Below, piece after piece: positions 12,961 through 26,683 of a DNA stretch of 64,000 bases (its first letter is position 1; each line of letters begins with the position of its first letter). The notes under the pieces are model-generated. The model was given only the letters and a program-made list of their open reading frames with translations. It had not been told where the DNA came from and did no database searches. The stretch spans positions 70,372,001-70,436,000 of the forward strand of contig CM052817.1 of assembly GCA_028534125.1 (NCBI GenBank), in the 5' to 3' direction. This stretch comes from Lama glama (taxonomy: Eukaryota). Made by a program: the position numbers and the translations under genes.

Positions 12961-14176
12961 CCTTTAGAATCCTTTCCTGAGTGTATTTGGCTCAAATGTA
13001 TCATAAAATTATCTTGCAGATGGCGTTTCCTATCTGTCTCAATAAGGGAGTTTAGAAGCACTTCCTCAGGGAGACTGTCAGCATCTCAGAAAAGTTGTGC
13101 TAAGGGTGGATGGCAGCTGCCCCAACATGCTGTTATACAGCCTGTGGGTAGGTAAGTGAGCAAGAGCGCAGTTGTAAGTACTGATCCTCTCTTTTTGTGG
13201 CAGGAGGGATGGGAAAATGAGAATCTGAAAATCCATAGGTTGTCTTACAGGTCTTATTATGTACTAAGGCACAAGGGTATTTAATTCTCCTGGGAAAGAA
13301 AAATAAAGAAAATCAGAGGTGGCATCAAGATTCAACGTTCTAAGTAGAAAAGGAAGAAAAAGTTTTGCCTGACCTGGAAGGGTAGGAATGCTGAAGGAAA
13401 GCAGAGTTTTTCACTCTGAGTTAGCAGATCGCCAAAAGGTTTATGCCCGGTCTTGAGGCACCAGCTGGTCCTTTGTGGGAAGGAAGAAAAACACTGTGGT
13501 GTTATTCAACAGTACCTCCAGACCAGTCCCTGGGGAAATTGTTCCACTTTCCTTACACAGTGGGACCAGTAAAATTGAAAGAGTAAGACAAACCTCTTGG
13601 GAGACTAAAATATCTGTGGCCACTAAACTAAAATATCAGGTCAGACCACCCAAGATTTCTAAAGAGTGGTATTCACTTTGATTGAGAGGATGGTTCCTCC
13701 AGTCGGGAACGAGCCACAGGCTTGTATGGTGGTGGTGGAGAGCAGAGAGGTGAGGCCCAAGCACACAGCAGCAGTGGGAGGAGATGGACTGGTGAGCAGC
13801 AGTGGAAGGAGAGCACAGAACAACAGCAGGAAAGCTACAACCGCCACTGAGGGCCGTGTGGAAAGGAAGATGCCTCAGTGGTTTAGAATTCTATAATGCA
13901 ATTCAGATTGGGGTGTGGTGGAAACCCCAGGACAATTGTTTATCAAAGCCATGTGGTATAATTTGGGCACCTCAAACATGCAAAGTGATTTCCTGATTTC
14001 CTGCCCCTGTGTCCTGAGGCTGTCACTGCTGCCTGGCATATTCTTTCTTGGGCTGTAGTAGTAGGACCAACTTTTCTTATTCTTCAAGTCTGAGACAAAA
14101 CATATCTCACTGCTCAGTCCATCCCTATTTAAAGATCCCCAGTGATACTCTTCATGGTCCTCTATCCTCTTGCTTG

Positions 14177-14355
14177 AGGATTTCACTGGTTCTAAGATAT
14201 ACATCCCCTCCACCCCACCCCTCACCCCCACTTTTTAACGTCTCTGAGATTGGAATAAATAATAGTTTAGTTGGCCATGGTCTTTTCTTTCTAAGCAACT
14301 AAAAAAATAACGGTGTATCTCATAACCAGCAGCATCTCTACTCAATAAGATACAG
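14177..14355. mobile_element. MER104-like (TcMar-Tc2) MITE
   Basis: tttcactggttctaagat ... ttttaacgtctctgagattgg ... gcatctctactcaataagatacag followed by TA. Confidence 0.6.
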
Positions 14356-15619
14356 TATTCTTCACACTCTGTGGGTTCTAATTTATTTGATGTTTACTGC
14401 TTGTCCACCCTGTAAAACTATAAGCTTTTTTGGAGCAAGGAGTACATCTGACTTGCTTACCCAGCAAGCAATTACTAATCAAATGGGTGAATGAAACTTA
14501 GAACACGGTCATATGGATCTTAGCCAAAAAAAATCACTGTACACAATACTATGTATAATTAAGTGACATAATAAGTTTTTTGGACAAAATCAAATATATA
14601 TTCTAACTGTCAGATTCACATGTACCCAACGTCTTATCCTGAAGGTTGAGTTATAAGTACTGGTTTTAAGCAGAACCTTCCACACAAGTGGATACATGAA
14701 AACAAAGCACACTTACATCTGTCCAACCAGAACTAATTTTTTGCATTATGCATTTCTTGGAAAATCACTTTTAAACGGGAGATATTATTAGAAAGTATTT
14801 ACAAAGCCTCTCCCAGTATAATACCTGTGTGCTTTGACAAGTATGCTATTTTTGTATGTAAAAAAACTCATTGTCATACATTATGACCAGTTTCTCCTGC
14901 TTAATACCATAGTTAACTCTAATCTGATGTTTATAACCTCTTAATCTTTTTCCATGGAGACAATAGATTTGGCCTTATCTATTCATTTGGTCCTGACTTA
15001 AACAAGTAGAAAAACCAAGGGATTCAGTCTTAGCTAAAATAACTTAGTAATGAGCAAATATTTCAGGAAATGTCAGTTAGAAATATAGAAAACATAAATG
15101 GATTTAAATGTGCGGTTGATTTATTTGAAAATTTTCCTCTGAATGAAAGTCCTTCTTCAAAACTGATGCAAGGCTCTGGATAAATCTCATTATTATGAAA
15201 GTCCCCAAAAGTGAGAATTTAAATACAAAATTATGCAAAATGAGAAAAATGGGTCATTTCTTCCACTACCTCATTCTGGGGTTTTTGAGCAAAATAGAAC
15301 AAGAATAAAATCATCTCAACTTCACAGTACACCGTATCTCCCTGGCAGCATTCAGATGATGGTTGTGACGCAGTTCAGAATGATGGCTACAGAACTGGAT
15401 TCCAATCTCAGACAAATCACACTGCCCTGAACCTCAGCAGTCATTCCAGGTTCTGGGAGTCTGACTTGTCAAGGTCCAGGTCAATTGTCATCTCTCAGAA
15501 ACTTTCCAGACTTCCCTGGTCAGAATCAATGTCTCCTTCCTCTTGTGGACACCCCTAAAGTTTTGTTTCTTCTTCCTCTGTAGAATGACACGGTCTGCTT
15601 TGTGACACAGACAGGTGTC

Positions 15620-17973
15620 CAGGCATGCCTCATTTTATCACACTTCACTTTCTTGCACTTTGCAGACAGTGCATATTTTACAAATTGAAGGTTTGTGTCA
15701 ACCCTATGTCAAGCAAGCCTATCAGCGCCATTTTTCCAACAGTATTTGCTCACTTTGTGTCTGTATATCACATTTTGGCAATTCTCGAAATATTTGAAAC
15801 TTTTTCATTACTATTATATTTGTTATAGTGATTTGTGATCAGAGATTTGTGATCTTACTATTGTAATTGTTTTGGGGCACCATGAACTACACTCATATAG
15901 GACAGCAAACTTAATTGACAAATGTTGTGTGTGTTCTGACTGCTCTACCAATCAGCTGTTCCCCTAGCTCTCTCCCTCTCCTTGGGCCTCCTTATTGGCT
16001 GAGACACAACAATATTGAAATTAGGCCAGTTAGTAGCCCTACACTGGCCTCTAAGTGTTCGAGTGAAAGGAAGAGTCTCACTTTAAATCAAAAGCTAGGA
16101 AATGATTAAACTTAATGAGGATGGCATGTCGAAAGCCAAGACAGGCTGAAAGCTAGCCCTCTTGCACTAGTTAGTCAAGTTGTGAATGCAAAGGAGAAGT
16201 TCTTGAAGGAAATCAGAAGTGCTATTTCAGTGAACACATGAATAAGAAACAAGCAAAACAGCCTTACTGCTGATCTGGAGGAAGTTTTAATGGCCTGGAT
16301 AAAAGATCAAACCAGTCACAACATTACATTATGCCAAAGTCTAACCCAGAGCAAGCCCCTAACTCTATTCAATTCTGTAAAGACTGAGAGCTGAGAAAGC
16401 TGCAGAAGAAAAGTCTGAAGCTGGCAGAAGTTGGTTCATGAGGTTTAAGGAAAAACGCCATCTCCATAACATCAAAGTGCATGGTAAAGCAGCAAGTGCT
16501 GATGTAGTAAAAGCTGCAGCAAGTTATCCAGAAGATCTAGCTGAGATAATTAATGAAGGTGGCTACATAAAATAGATTTTCAGCGTAGACAAAACAGCCT
16601 TATATTAGAAGATGCCATCTAGGACTTTCATAGCTAGAGAGGAGAAGTCAATGCCTGACTTCAAATCTTCACAAAACAGGCTGACCCTCTTAGGAGCTGG
16701 TGCAACTGATGACTTGAAGCTGAAGCCAGTGCCCATTTACCATTCTGAAAATCCTAGGACCCTTAAGGATGATTCCAAATTTACACTGTCTGTACTCTAT
16801 AATCAAAACAACAAAGCCTAGATGACAGCACATCTGTTTACAACATGGTTTATGAACATTCTAAGCCCCCTGCTGAAATCTACTGCTCAGGAAAAAAGAT
16901 TCCTTTCAAAATATGACTGCTCATTGACAATGCACATGGTCACCTAAGAGCTCTGATTGAGATGTGCAGTGACATTAATGTTGTTTTCACGCCTGCTAAC
17001 ACAACATTCATCCTGCAGCCCATAGATCAAGGAGTAATTTCTAATTTTAAATCTTACTATTTAAGAAATACACTTCACAAGGCTATAGCTTTCATAGATA
17101 GTGACTCCTCTGATGAATCTGGGCAAAGTCAATTGAAAATATTCTAAAAAGGGTTTACCAGTCTAGAAGTCATTAAGAGTGCATTTGTGATTCATAGGTA
17201 GAGATCAAAATATCAACATTAACAGGAATTTGGAAGAAGTCGATTCTGGCCATCATGGATGACTTTGAGGGATTCAAGACTTCATGGCAGAATGAACTTC
17301 AGGTGTGATGGAAACAGCAAGAGAACTAGATTTATAAATGGAACCTGAAGATGTGACTGAACTGCTGCATTCTCATGAGAAAACATGAACAGATAAGAAG
17401 TTGCTTCTTAAAGATGTGCAAAGAAAGTAGTTTCTTGTGGTGGAATTTACTCCTGGTGAAGATGTTTGAAGACTGTTGAAATCACAACAAAGGATTTAGA
17501 ATATTACATACACTAAGTTGACAAAGAGGCAGGGTTTGAGAAGATTGACTCCAATTTTGAAAGAAGTTGTTCTATGGGCAAAATGCTATCAAAGAGCATT
17601 ATGTGCAACAGAGAAATCGTTTGTGAAAAGAAGAGTCAATCAATGTGGCAAACTTGTCTTATTTCAAGAAATTGCCACAATCACCCTGATCAGTCAATAG
17701 CCATGAGGCAAGACCCTCCACCATCAAACATATAACAACTCTCTGAAGGCTCAGATAATGGGTAGCATATTTTAGCAGTAAAGCATCTTTTAATTAAGGT
17801 CTATACATTGTCTTCCAGACATGATGCTACTGCACACTTAACAGACTACAGTATAGTATAAACATAACTTTTATATGTTGGGAAACCAAAAAATTTGTGT
17901 GACTCACTTTCTAGATATTTGCTTTATTGCAGTGGTCTGGAGCTGAACCCCCAGTATCTCTGAGGTGAGCCTG
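15620..17973 (+). mobile_element. Tigger1 (TcMar-pogo) DNA transposon, near full length, decayed transposase
   Basis: Inverted termini caggcatgcctc / gaggtgagcctg, 2354 bp. ORF fragments [27 protein letters not shown] (16612) and [29 protein letters not shown] (16962) match the Tigger1 DDE transposase; multiple stops and frameshifts. Confidence 0.95.
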
Positions 17974-20900
17974 ATACCTATTTGTCTGCCTCAGAAAGCT
18001 GACCTCCTGGAGAGTCAGGACTATTTTTATTCATGTTTGTGTCTTTCACATGGAGGGTGGCTCATACTTCTGCCATATCAAATTGAATGGCTTTATAAGA
18101 TCAGCGTTGGCTTATTATTCAGCTTATGCTCCCTAAGGTGCTTTGCTTTTGTTTTTATGTGCTAATATTCCAGATTAGAACAAAATCCTGCTCATCTCAA
18201 ACCCTCATGGTACTTTGTGTGTGACCTAGAACAAAGAGCTGGACTGAGTCCAACTCAGCCAGACACCACCTCTAGCAGTTCATACCAAGTTCACTTCCTG
18301 AGGTATGGCCAGCTGGGGCTTCACTGGGCCCTGGGAGGAGAGAGGTTCCTACAACGTCCTAGAGATGAAGATTGATTCCCTTCAGTTCTGAGCACAGAGG
18401 CCGATGCTGTCTGCTGACCATACAGCCATTAGAGTCTCAGGCATCTCCATGTGGTCTAATCCTGGCTGTGATGCTCATTTTCTGGGTGATGATATGTAGG
18501 TCCCTTAAGCCTCTTGATCATCAGCTCATTGGTCTCTAAAATGGGAAATCTAATATTAACGTTGCTCTCCACCATGGACTGGCGTGAAAACTAATACAAA
18601 GCACTCCCAAGCACCCTGAAAAGGTTCAGTGCTAAGCACAGTGAAACCAGTGTGGCCAGAAGCCCCATGCCTGTGCCAGATGGAACTGGCCTTGGCCGCT
18701 CTTTCCCCTCCTGCTCCCAGATGATGAGGGTCTGGCTGAACATTCTGCTGGGGTCCAGCCTGGTGCGTGCTGAGAAAGCCCCTGAGAAAGGTGGGACCCA
18801 CATACAGGGCAGTGCTAATGCCATCCCAGAAAATGACTTCACAGAAGTTCCCAGCTCTGAGATTTGTGTTTATCAGTGCTTCTGAGCAGCAGCTGTTCGT
18901 TTGCGATACACAACTCTTCAAATAAAATTATTTTATTTTAGCAAATTTTTGGTTTCAGGGGACCCAGCTGTGGGCAAAATTTCAGTCTTATACCTACATA
19001 ATACCTAAACTGTGGGCCAATGGAAGCATTTCCAAGGAAAATCAGTCCAACAAGTTGTTTGATGTTGTTTAGCCGCACCAGTTGATTGGAGTTTTTACTT
19101 CCTAGCCAGTCGCTCTGGGATTGCTTAGGTGAAACCCAAATTAATTTTGCTCTTGGTCACTTTTCATAAAATCAAAAATCTGAAAGTTCAGCCCTGACCA
19201 CCTCACAAAATGGGCAGTCTTGTTCTCGACCTCATTAACAAAGGGCTCTCCTTCCAACTCACACCAACCTGGGGGAGGAAACAAACCAGACAGCCCGAAT
19301 GACGACAGAGAGGGATGAAATAACCCCTCCTCGGGACAATGCCTTTTCCTGTCTCTGGAGGCTCCTCCTATTCCCACACTGGTTTCTGTATCCGTTACTC
19401 TACCAGGATCCTCTTTCACATCAAAGTGTCCCTCCTTGGGCTTCACAAGTAGGGGCATAACCTTAGTTTCTACAGGAAGGAATTTTCATCCCAAAGGAAA
19501 GGGGAAAACCGTGTGTTTGGTTGCTATAAAATTACATGCCACTTTCCTTGTTTTTCAATTTATAATCATGCACACAAAAAGTACAGGCAGACCTCTAGCT
19601 GCCATGGACCAAAATGTTCAGCTCCTAGACTCCTATAGTTCAAGTTGAAAGTATTAAAAAAAAAATTAAAACTCCAGCCATTCAGTCTTCATTACTAATA
19701 TTAAACGCCTGAGTCAGGGAAAGTTTTAGTGGAGGACGATTCTTTTCTACTTCAAAAGCACATGAAAGGGCATAAGCTGGACAGATTTTAAGGAAGAGAG
19801 GTTGAAGAATACCATGGATTCCACCTCAGACTGGACTACTGGGACCCTCTTGGGAGGTCTGCGTTTGAATCCAATTTTAAACTGCTACATATTATCGGTG
19901 ATGGTAAAGCACTAGAGCTTCTCCAAAGCTGTCCTTTGTGTCATTATCAAAAGCACTTATTTAGCAACTAACATATCTTACGCATGGCAGATATTTGAAT
20001 AGGCATGTCCCTGCCTTTCTGGCGCCTCTGATCTACAATGGTGCAGATACCTTTGGGGACACGGAGTAAATATCAAAACCTTGAGCAGTAGGGAGTATGC
20101 CCAACAGTATTTTTTTAATGTATAATTGCGCAGGGGGACTGGGGAATAGGAAAAATGATGCTCAATAAAGTTCAGCCTGGTGGGATATGCAGAAAACCAT
20201 TCATTGTCTTTGCGGCAGGACACCTTTGAAGGGCATCCACATTTGGGTGCTGGGAAGTACTGATCAAAAGATAGCATAGGTTTCAAAAAGTGAAGAAATA
20301 CTCTAAATATTCTAAAGGTGTTCATTCATTAATTCATTCACTTGCTCATTCAGAATTTATCAACTGCTTCCTGAATGCCCAGATGTGTAGCTGACTCTTT
20401 GGTATAAAACACGTAGATCCATACATGCCTCGAAAAACTCATACACACTCAGAAGTTCATGATGAAACGATGTTAAAGCAACGTGGAAGGAAATGAGTTA
20501 GCCCAGTGCAAATTCGTAGTTCGGAGGCAGATTTGGAATGAATTGCAATCACTCTGGGATAGACTGGGATCTAGGCTTAGGGACAGAGAAGCACAATTCC
20601 TAACTGTCCTTAAATAACCTCAGGGCAAGCTTCCTTACTGTTCTTTTCTCTTTTGTACTCGAATAGAGAGGGAGAAACAAGCCCTGTGGCTTATGAATTT
20701 CTTCTAACAATTAGGAAAATGTTTCTTTACCAAAGGTGTGTACACATTAGGCACTACTCTTGGGCTAGGGAAAAGAAACATTGAAAAGGATATGCTGTTT
20801 CATGAGAACTATGTATTAATCATACTATCATTAGAAGGGGGAAAAAAAAGGAGAGAAAAGAGAGGAAAAGGAATGCAAGGCAGAAGAGATGAGATTTCAT

Positions 20901-20984
20901 TCTGCCAAAGCCACTGTCGTCTCCAAGAAACCCACAGGTAACACTGACCCCTACACCAACAGAGAAAGGAGGGAAAATGAAAAA

Positions 20985-21190
20985 CACTGGCTAAGCACCT
21001 GCCAGTCCCCATGCGCTTTAATACCATTATCTTATGACACCTCACAATCGCTTGCTGGAAAGGTGTTAACAACTCTCATTTCATAGCTGAAGAAACTAAA
21101 GCTCGGTGAGTTGAAGTAACTTGCCCATAGCTACACAGCCAGTAAGTTGCAGAGCCAGGAGGTAAGTCCAAGGCTGCCTAATACTGGAGC
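20985..21190 (-). mobile_element. MIR SINE
   Basis: catttcatagctgaagaaactaaagctcggtgagttgaagtaacttgcccatagctacacagc is an antisense MIR core. Confidence 0.85.
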
Positions 21191-23009
21191 TCCTAAATGT
21201 TTCCCCCACCGCACACTCCCCCGACTCTATGCTTAAAGCTTCAGAGAAAAATGTATGTATGTAAGCCCCTGGCTGACTGCAGGTCAACTATTCCTTTAAG
21301 TGTCTGCCTGTTCAGCCTCTCCAGGGATACATCAGAGTATTTTTTAAACACAGTTTCCCCATTTCCTTCGCTCACCTTTATTTCTATAATATTATTATAA
21401 AAGCAGTCATGATTTATATTTGAAATTGAGCACATATTGCTAGCTGGAGCACTTATGAGGGACAATATGTAAATCCTAGCAAAGTTATGAATTAAACTTC
21501 AGGTACTTATAGGTATATAAAACTTTGCAAAATAATATTTAAAGAGATATGCATTTATTTTTATCATTCTGGTGTAAAACTATACTATATTCTGACTATT
21601 TATAAAGTTATTTCCTTAAGTGTTTTCTATTTTTTTCCCCATCCTGTCATTCTTATTCCCCTGGTAATCTCTATATATCTAAGGAAGAGGAAGCAAGAAG
21701 TTGTACCACCTGTGTCTACTAATTATAGTGTTAGTCCTGGGTACTTTGTTAGAATGCTGGTTATGTTTCAAGAAGCTACCCCTACCTTTTCCTTAGAACT
21801 GGCAACAATTTAAATTCAAATATCTTCATGACAGGCAATTTTATTTCATGTGGCACACCAGACGAGGGAGTTGGTTTGGGTGTGTTTGGTTTGGGGCTTT
21901 TTTTTTTTTACTTTCCATTTTTGGTAGGAGGTTGTGCTTCAGAAAAGTATGTTCAGTTGGCCTATACCATCGGAAAACTTTTCTTGAGTTGCCCTACCCA
22001 TATGCCACAAGCCTGAACCCAGCAGATACCAGCTCCAAGAAAAAGCAGGGCATTCTATCTCTGTGACTGATTCCATTTTTGGATTCTCTTTGGAGTCTGC
22101 CAATAAGTTCCAGATGTGATGTGTTGGTTTTTCAGATCCAAGTTACCTGTCCATTGGGAGCTAGAGACCGCTAGTTTGGGCCACCCACCACTGACAGATG
22201 GCAATGACTTTGGTCACTGACGATGTTGGCTGGATTCAACTCAGCTTAGAAGAGAAAGAAACCATAATACTCCTTAACAATTTCCTTTGCCCCACCCAGT
22301 CATTCTACTAAAGAAAAGAAGATTTGAAGAGTCAAGACTCCACACCACATGCGCCACATTAACATCTGGACAAAGGTTTGAGGGACTTTCCCTGAAAACA
22401 GAAGAAAAGGAGAAAATCCTCCAGGTCACTGCTGCTCCCTAACTCTGCAGGGCAGTGCCGCTGAGTGAGGGTGGAGTGGGGTGGCGTGGAGCTCCTGGTT
22501 TGTGAGAACAGCCAGTAGCGGTTTGGCGGGTTGGTTACACAGATTAAAACTAATTTGCATTCATCTAAAACAAATTGGTAAATACAAGGTGCTTATTATA
22601 TACACAAAGTATCACTGAAAGGCTATAAATGTATAATAAAAGTAAGGAAACTGGGGCTTCGAGATGTTGAATCATTTAATGAAAAATGTCATTTTCATAT
22701 ACATGACATTTCTCATGAAAAAAAAGTTTGGAAAAACTTTCTGTATTCTGGATTTAGGTTCCTTTGAGGAAAAAAAAAAATCCAAGTATCCTAAAGTATC
22801 ACGTCCAATCAGACCATGGTCTACGTGAAGGCCAATTCAAGTCAGCCAAAGTACAAAAGTGCACTTACAATTTGATTTTTTTTAAGTTATTCAATAAAAA
22901 AGGGATAGATACTAGGATACTTTTACATCCTATCATGCTTTTACCCCTGAATTCCCTGTTTTTCTTTTTAAGAAAATATCTTAAATATGAATATAGTAAA
23001 ATTAACTAA

Positions 23010-23200
23010 TTCCATAGGCTTTGGAGGCTCAGATACAATATTAAACTTTGGCAAATGATTCAACATCTCGAAGCCCCAGCTTCCTTACCTGTGGAATACA
23101 ACGCCCATCTTACAGAGTTGTGAGAGCTCAGTGACATCGTGTGTCATGAGCACTTAACACAGCTCCTATCAGATGGTAAGCACTCAATAATGATCAGATA
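23010..23200 (+). mobile_element. MIR SINE
   Basis: Core-like aagccccagcttccttacctgtggaat, then cttacagagttgtgagag and taagcactcaataa. Confidence 0.7.
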
Positions 23201-23298
23201 TTGCATGTAATCACAGCTACTCCCTCTTCTGTTCCAACTGCTTCCACTCCAGCCCACGTTCACAGTACTGTCTTCCATCTCCTGATGTGTGGGTTCTA

Positions 23299-23560
23299 GG
23301 GGCAGTAGAGTGAATGGTTAAAAGCATGGACTCTGAAGTCCCACTGTCTTGGCTCTCTTCTTGTCTTCTCTGTTTACTGACCTAGGGCAAGTTACTTCAC
23401 CTCCCTGTGCTTCAGTCTCCTCACCTTTAAAATAGGGATGATGATAGTACCTATTTCCTGAAGTTCTTGTGAGGACTAAATGAGTTAATATATGTGAAGT
23501 ACTGAAAACAATGCCCAGCTGCTGTAAGCTCTCAGTAACTATTAGCCTTCATTATTATTA
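23299..23560 (+). mobile_element. MIR SINE, near full length
   Basis: gtgaatggttaaaagcatggactctg...gggcaagttacttcacctccctgtgcttcagtctcctcacctttaaaataggg...ctaaatgagttaatatatgtgaag. Confidence 0.9.
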
Positions 23561-23894
23561 TGCTTATTAATGCAATGGAATTCATAACCTCCTTGAGTTA
23601 AGTTGTTGGACTGTGATGTCCATAAAGTCTACTTTTGTCTTCACTGTATCCCCTAGCACTTAGTACGTTATCTGACAAAGAGTGGGGCCTCAGTAAATAT
23701 CAACTTTTACCATTTTGTATGTAGACTATGAAGTGACTTTCTAACAGCACTCTTGCTCTGTGGTTATCACCCCTCAAATCCATCCTGTCAACCCAGATCT
23801 ATCCCAATCCCATCCTACCTGCCTGTCCCATCTGATCTCCCATTGTTCCTCTAAACATCCTCAATCTCTAGCAAACACTGCTGATTTCCTCCCC

Positions 23895-24351
23895 CAACCA
23901 TGAACTACAGGGGGTGGGCCTCAGCCCCAGCCACTGGGGTGAGTCATTATTCCTTCAGATCAGTCAGTGTACTCATTCCTCTTGCCAGTGCCTGACTGAG
24001 GTGTGGACACACAATGGAATTTTGACCAATTAGATCTGAGAGCAAGACTTTGGGAAGGAGAGAGGTATCTGAGAATGATTTTCCTTAATGATAAAGGTAG
24101 TGAGGGAGAAACAGTTCCTCTGCTCCCACTGGATATTGCGGCATTTGCATGTGAGGCCTGGAGTTGCTGCAGCCATCTTACATCCATGAGGAGAACTAAG
24201 CCAAAGCTCTGAGGAGGACTGAGATGCACTGATGTGCTGAATTAATCAACCTGTACCATGCTAGCTACAGAATTCTTGTTATTTAAGAGAATACATATAT
24301 ATGACTTGGGCTTTTCTGTTACTTGCAGCCATAAGTAGCCTAACTGATACA
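23895..24351 (+). mobile_element. MaLR LTR (old MLT1, I/J-like)
   Basis: gaggcctggagttgctgcagccatctt and the terminus ttttctgttacttgcagcc...ctaactgataca. Confidence 0.75.
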
Positions 24352-24384
24352 CAAGAAATCCTCCCCAACAAAAAAGGCCAAGAT

Positions 24385-24900
24385 ATAATACTTAACCCCC
24401 AAAAGTGCACATATCATAAGTATACTGCTCATTGAATTTTCATAAACTAAATATACCTATGTAACCAGCACTGAAATAAAAATTCAACTTCATTAATATA
24501 TTAATGAAGAAATAAAAATTAAAACTATTTTACCTAACAAATGGGTAAAGATGAAAGATTAATATTCTTTCTCTTGATTTGGATGTAGAAAAGTGTATTC
24601 TCTCATTGCTTTCAGTGAGTATATAATTTGGCAACATGTATCAAAATTTTAAACATGTTTGCCTTTTGACCCAGCGATTTAACTTCTAGGAATTTATCCT
24701 AAGGAAATAATCAAACAGATATGCAAAGAGACATGTACATCTTCACTGCTGGCATTTCACAGCAAATAATTACAAATAATCCAGGTGGCCATCAATAGAG
24801 AACTGGTTGAATAAATTTTGTCTACCTTTAAAAAGATATCTTTATGAATTAATATCATGGGGAAATTTCCCCATTATATACTGTTTTTAATAAAGTCAGC
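24385..24900. mobile_element. Old L1 fragments in opposite orientations (minus ~24385-24480, plus ~24510-24900)
   Basis: Antisense 3' UTR-like aagtgcacatatcataagtatactgctc; sense ORF2-end-like ccttttgacccagcgatttaacttctaggaatttatcctaaggaaataa. Confidence 0.6.
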
Positions 24901-25344
24901 ATGTTGTCCAATACTAAGTATAATATGAGCCCACCTGGAGTACCTAAGGATAACAGTGGTTATCAGTTGGACATAAAAGCAGAGACAACATCTACTTTGT
25001 ACTCCATTGTACTGTTTTACTTTGTGAATCAACAGGCACGTGCTACTATTTTCATCAGAAGTCATACTGAATTGTTGAGAACATGTACTCTGCAGGGCAC
25101 TGGAAGAACCACCCCAATGCATCAGCCCTCTCCTCCTGAATCCTGCCTGCCAGTAAGACAGTGGTTCTCACTGGGTTGTCCCTGTACTACCAGCTAGATA
25201 TAGATGTGGTCCAGGTAAGACACTGAGTTTCCATAGCAACCACAAAAAAATTCACTGTAAAGATTACAACCAATGATATTTATGGGAGCTTCTATATTCT
25301 TATAACTGTGAGAAGAACAATTTTTAAATTTCTGTAAGAATTCC

Positions 25345-25700
25345 AACTAGATGATAGCTGGAAAAGGCAAAGCTATGGAGATCAGTGGTTGCCAGGGGTT
25401 AGGGTAGTTGGGGAACAACAGGTGGTGCACAGAGGATTTTTAGGGCAGTGAAAATTCTCTGTCTACTGCTATAATGATGCCTACATGTTAGTATACATTT
25501 GTCCAAACCTATAGAATGTATGACACCAAGAGCAAACCCTAATGTACAGCATGGACTTTGGGTGATAATGACAGGTCAACGTAGATTCACTGAGAGTAAC
25601 AAATATACCATTCTGGTGGGGGGGTATGTGGAAGCAGGAGGTTTTGGGAACTGTACTTTTCACTCAATTTTTCTGTGAACCTAAAACTGCTCTAAAAACG
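25345..25700 (+). mobile_element. LINE-1 3' UTR (L1MC-like)
   Basis: gatcagtggttgccagggg...tatacatttgtccaaacctatagaatgt...ctcaatttttctgtgaacctaaaactgctctaaaaa. Confidence 0.85.
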
Positions 25701-25704
25701 AATT

Positions 25705-26683
25705 ATTTTTTAATTCAATATATGTATATATTTCAAAATGATAACCACAAAAAGTCTAATTAACAACTGTCGCTACATAGTCACAATTTTTTTCCTGTGA
25801 TGAGAAGTTTTAAGATATACTCTCTTGGCAACTTTCAAATAGGCAATACAGTGTGATTAGTGGGTTAACTGTATCCTCAGGACTTATTTATTTTATAACT
25901 GATGTTGTATCTTTTGATCACCTTCACCCACTGCTCGCCGCTGGCAACCACCAATCTGTTTTCTGTATCTATGAGTTTGTTTTCATTTTGTTTAGATTCC
26001 ACATATAAATGAGATCGTATTGGTACTTGTCTTTGTCTGACATTTCACTTAGCATAATGCCTTCAAGGTCCATCCATGTTGTAGCAAATGGCAGGGCCTT
26101 CCTTCTTTTACGGCTGAATGACATACCATTGTGTGTATATACACACACAGACACACACATATATACATGTCACATTTTCTTTATCCATTCATCCATCAGT
26201 GGACACTAAGGCCTTTTCCATGGCTTGGCTAGTTTAAATAATGCTGCAATGAGTGTGGAAGTCCAGATATCTTTTCAAATTAATGCTTTTGCTTCCTTTG
26301 GATACATACCCAGAGTGGAACTGCTGGATCAAATGGTAGTTCTATTTTTAATTTTTAAAGGAAACTCCATACTGTTTTCCACAGTGGCTGCACCAATTGA
26401 TATTCCCACCAACAGTGCACAAGGGTTCTCTTTTCTCCACAGCTTCACCAGTAATTGTTATTTGTTGTCTTTTTGATAATAGCCATTCTAGTAGATATCT
26501 CACTGTTGTTTTGATTTGCATTTTCCCAATGATTAGTGGCACTGAGCACCTTTTAATGTACATGTTGGCCATCTGTATGTCTTCTTTAGAACAGTGTCTA
26601 TTCAGATCCTCTGACCATTTTTTAATCAAACTGTTTGCTATTGAGTTGCATTAGTTCTTTATATATTTTGGATATTAACCCCT
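25705..26683 (-). mobile_element. LINE-1 ORF2 C-terminus plus 3' UTR, 5'-truncated
   Basis: ORF 26348-26629 ([28 protein letters not shown]...MQIKTT) and ORF 25969-26160 (LPFATTWMDLEGIMLSE) are L1 ORF2. Confidence 0.93.

Noticed and set aside
13441..14302. Cluster of overlapping short ORFs
   Set aside because: No recognisable domains, inconsistent frames and strands, partly within a MITE.
16045..17700. Possible domesticated TIGD-type transposase gene
   Set aside because: The frame is broken by multiple stops and frameshifts.
19141..19458. 105-aa minus-strand ATG ORF (MPLLVKPKEGHF...)
   Set aside because: No recognisable homology or supporting gene signals; length is compatible with chance in 64 kb.
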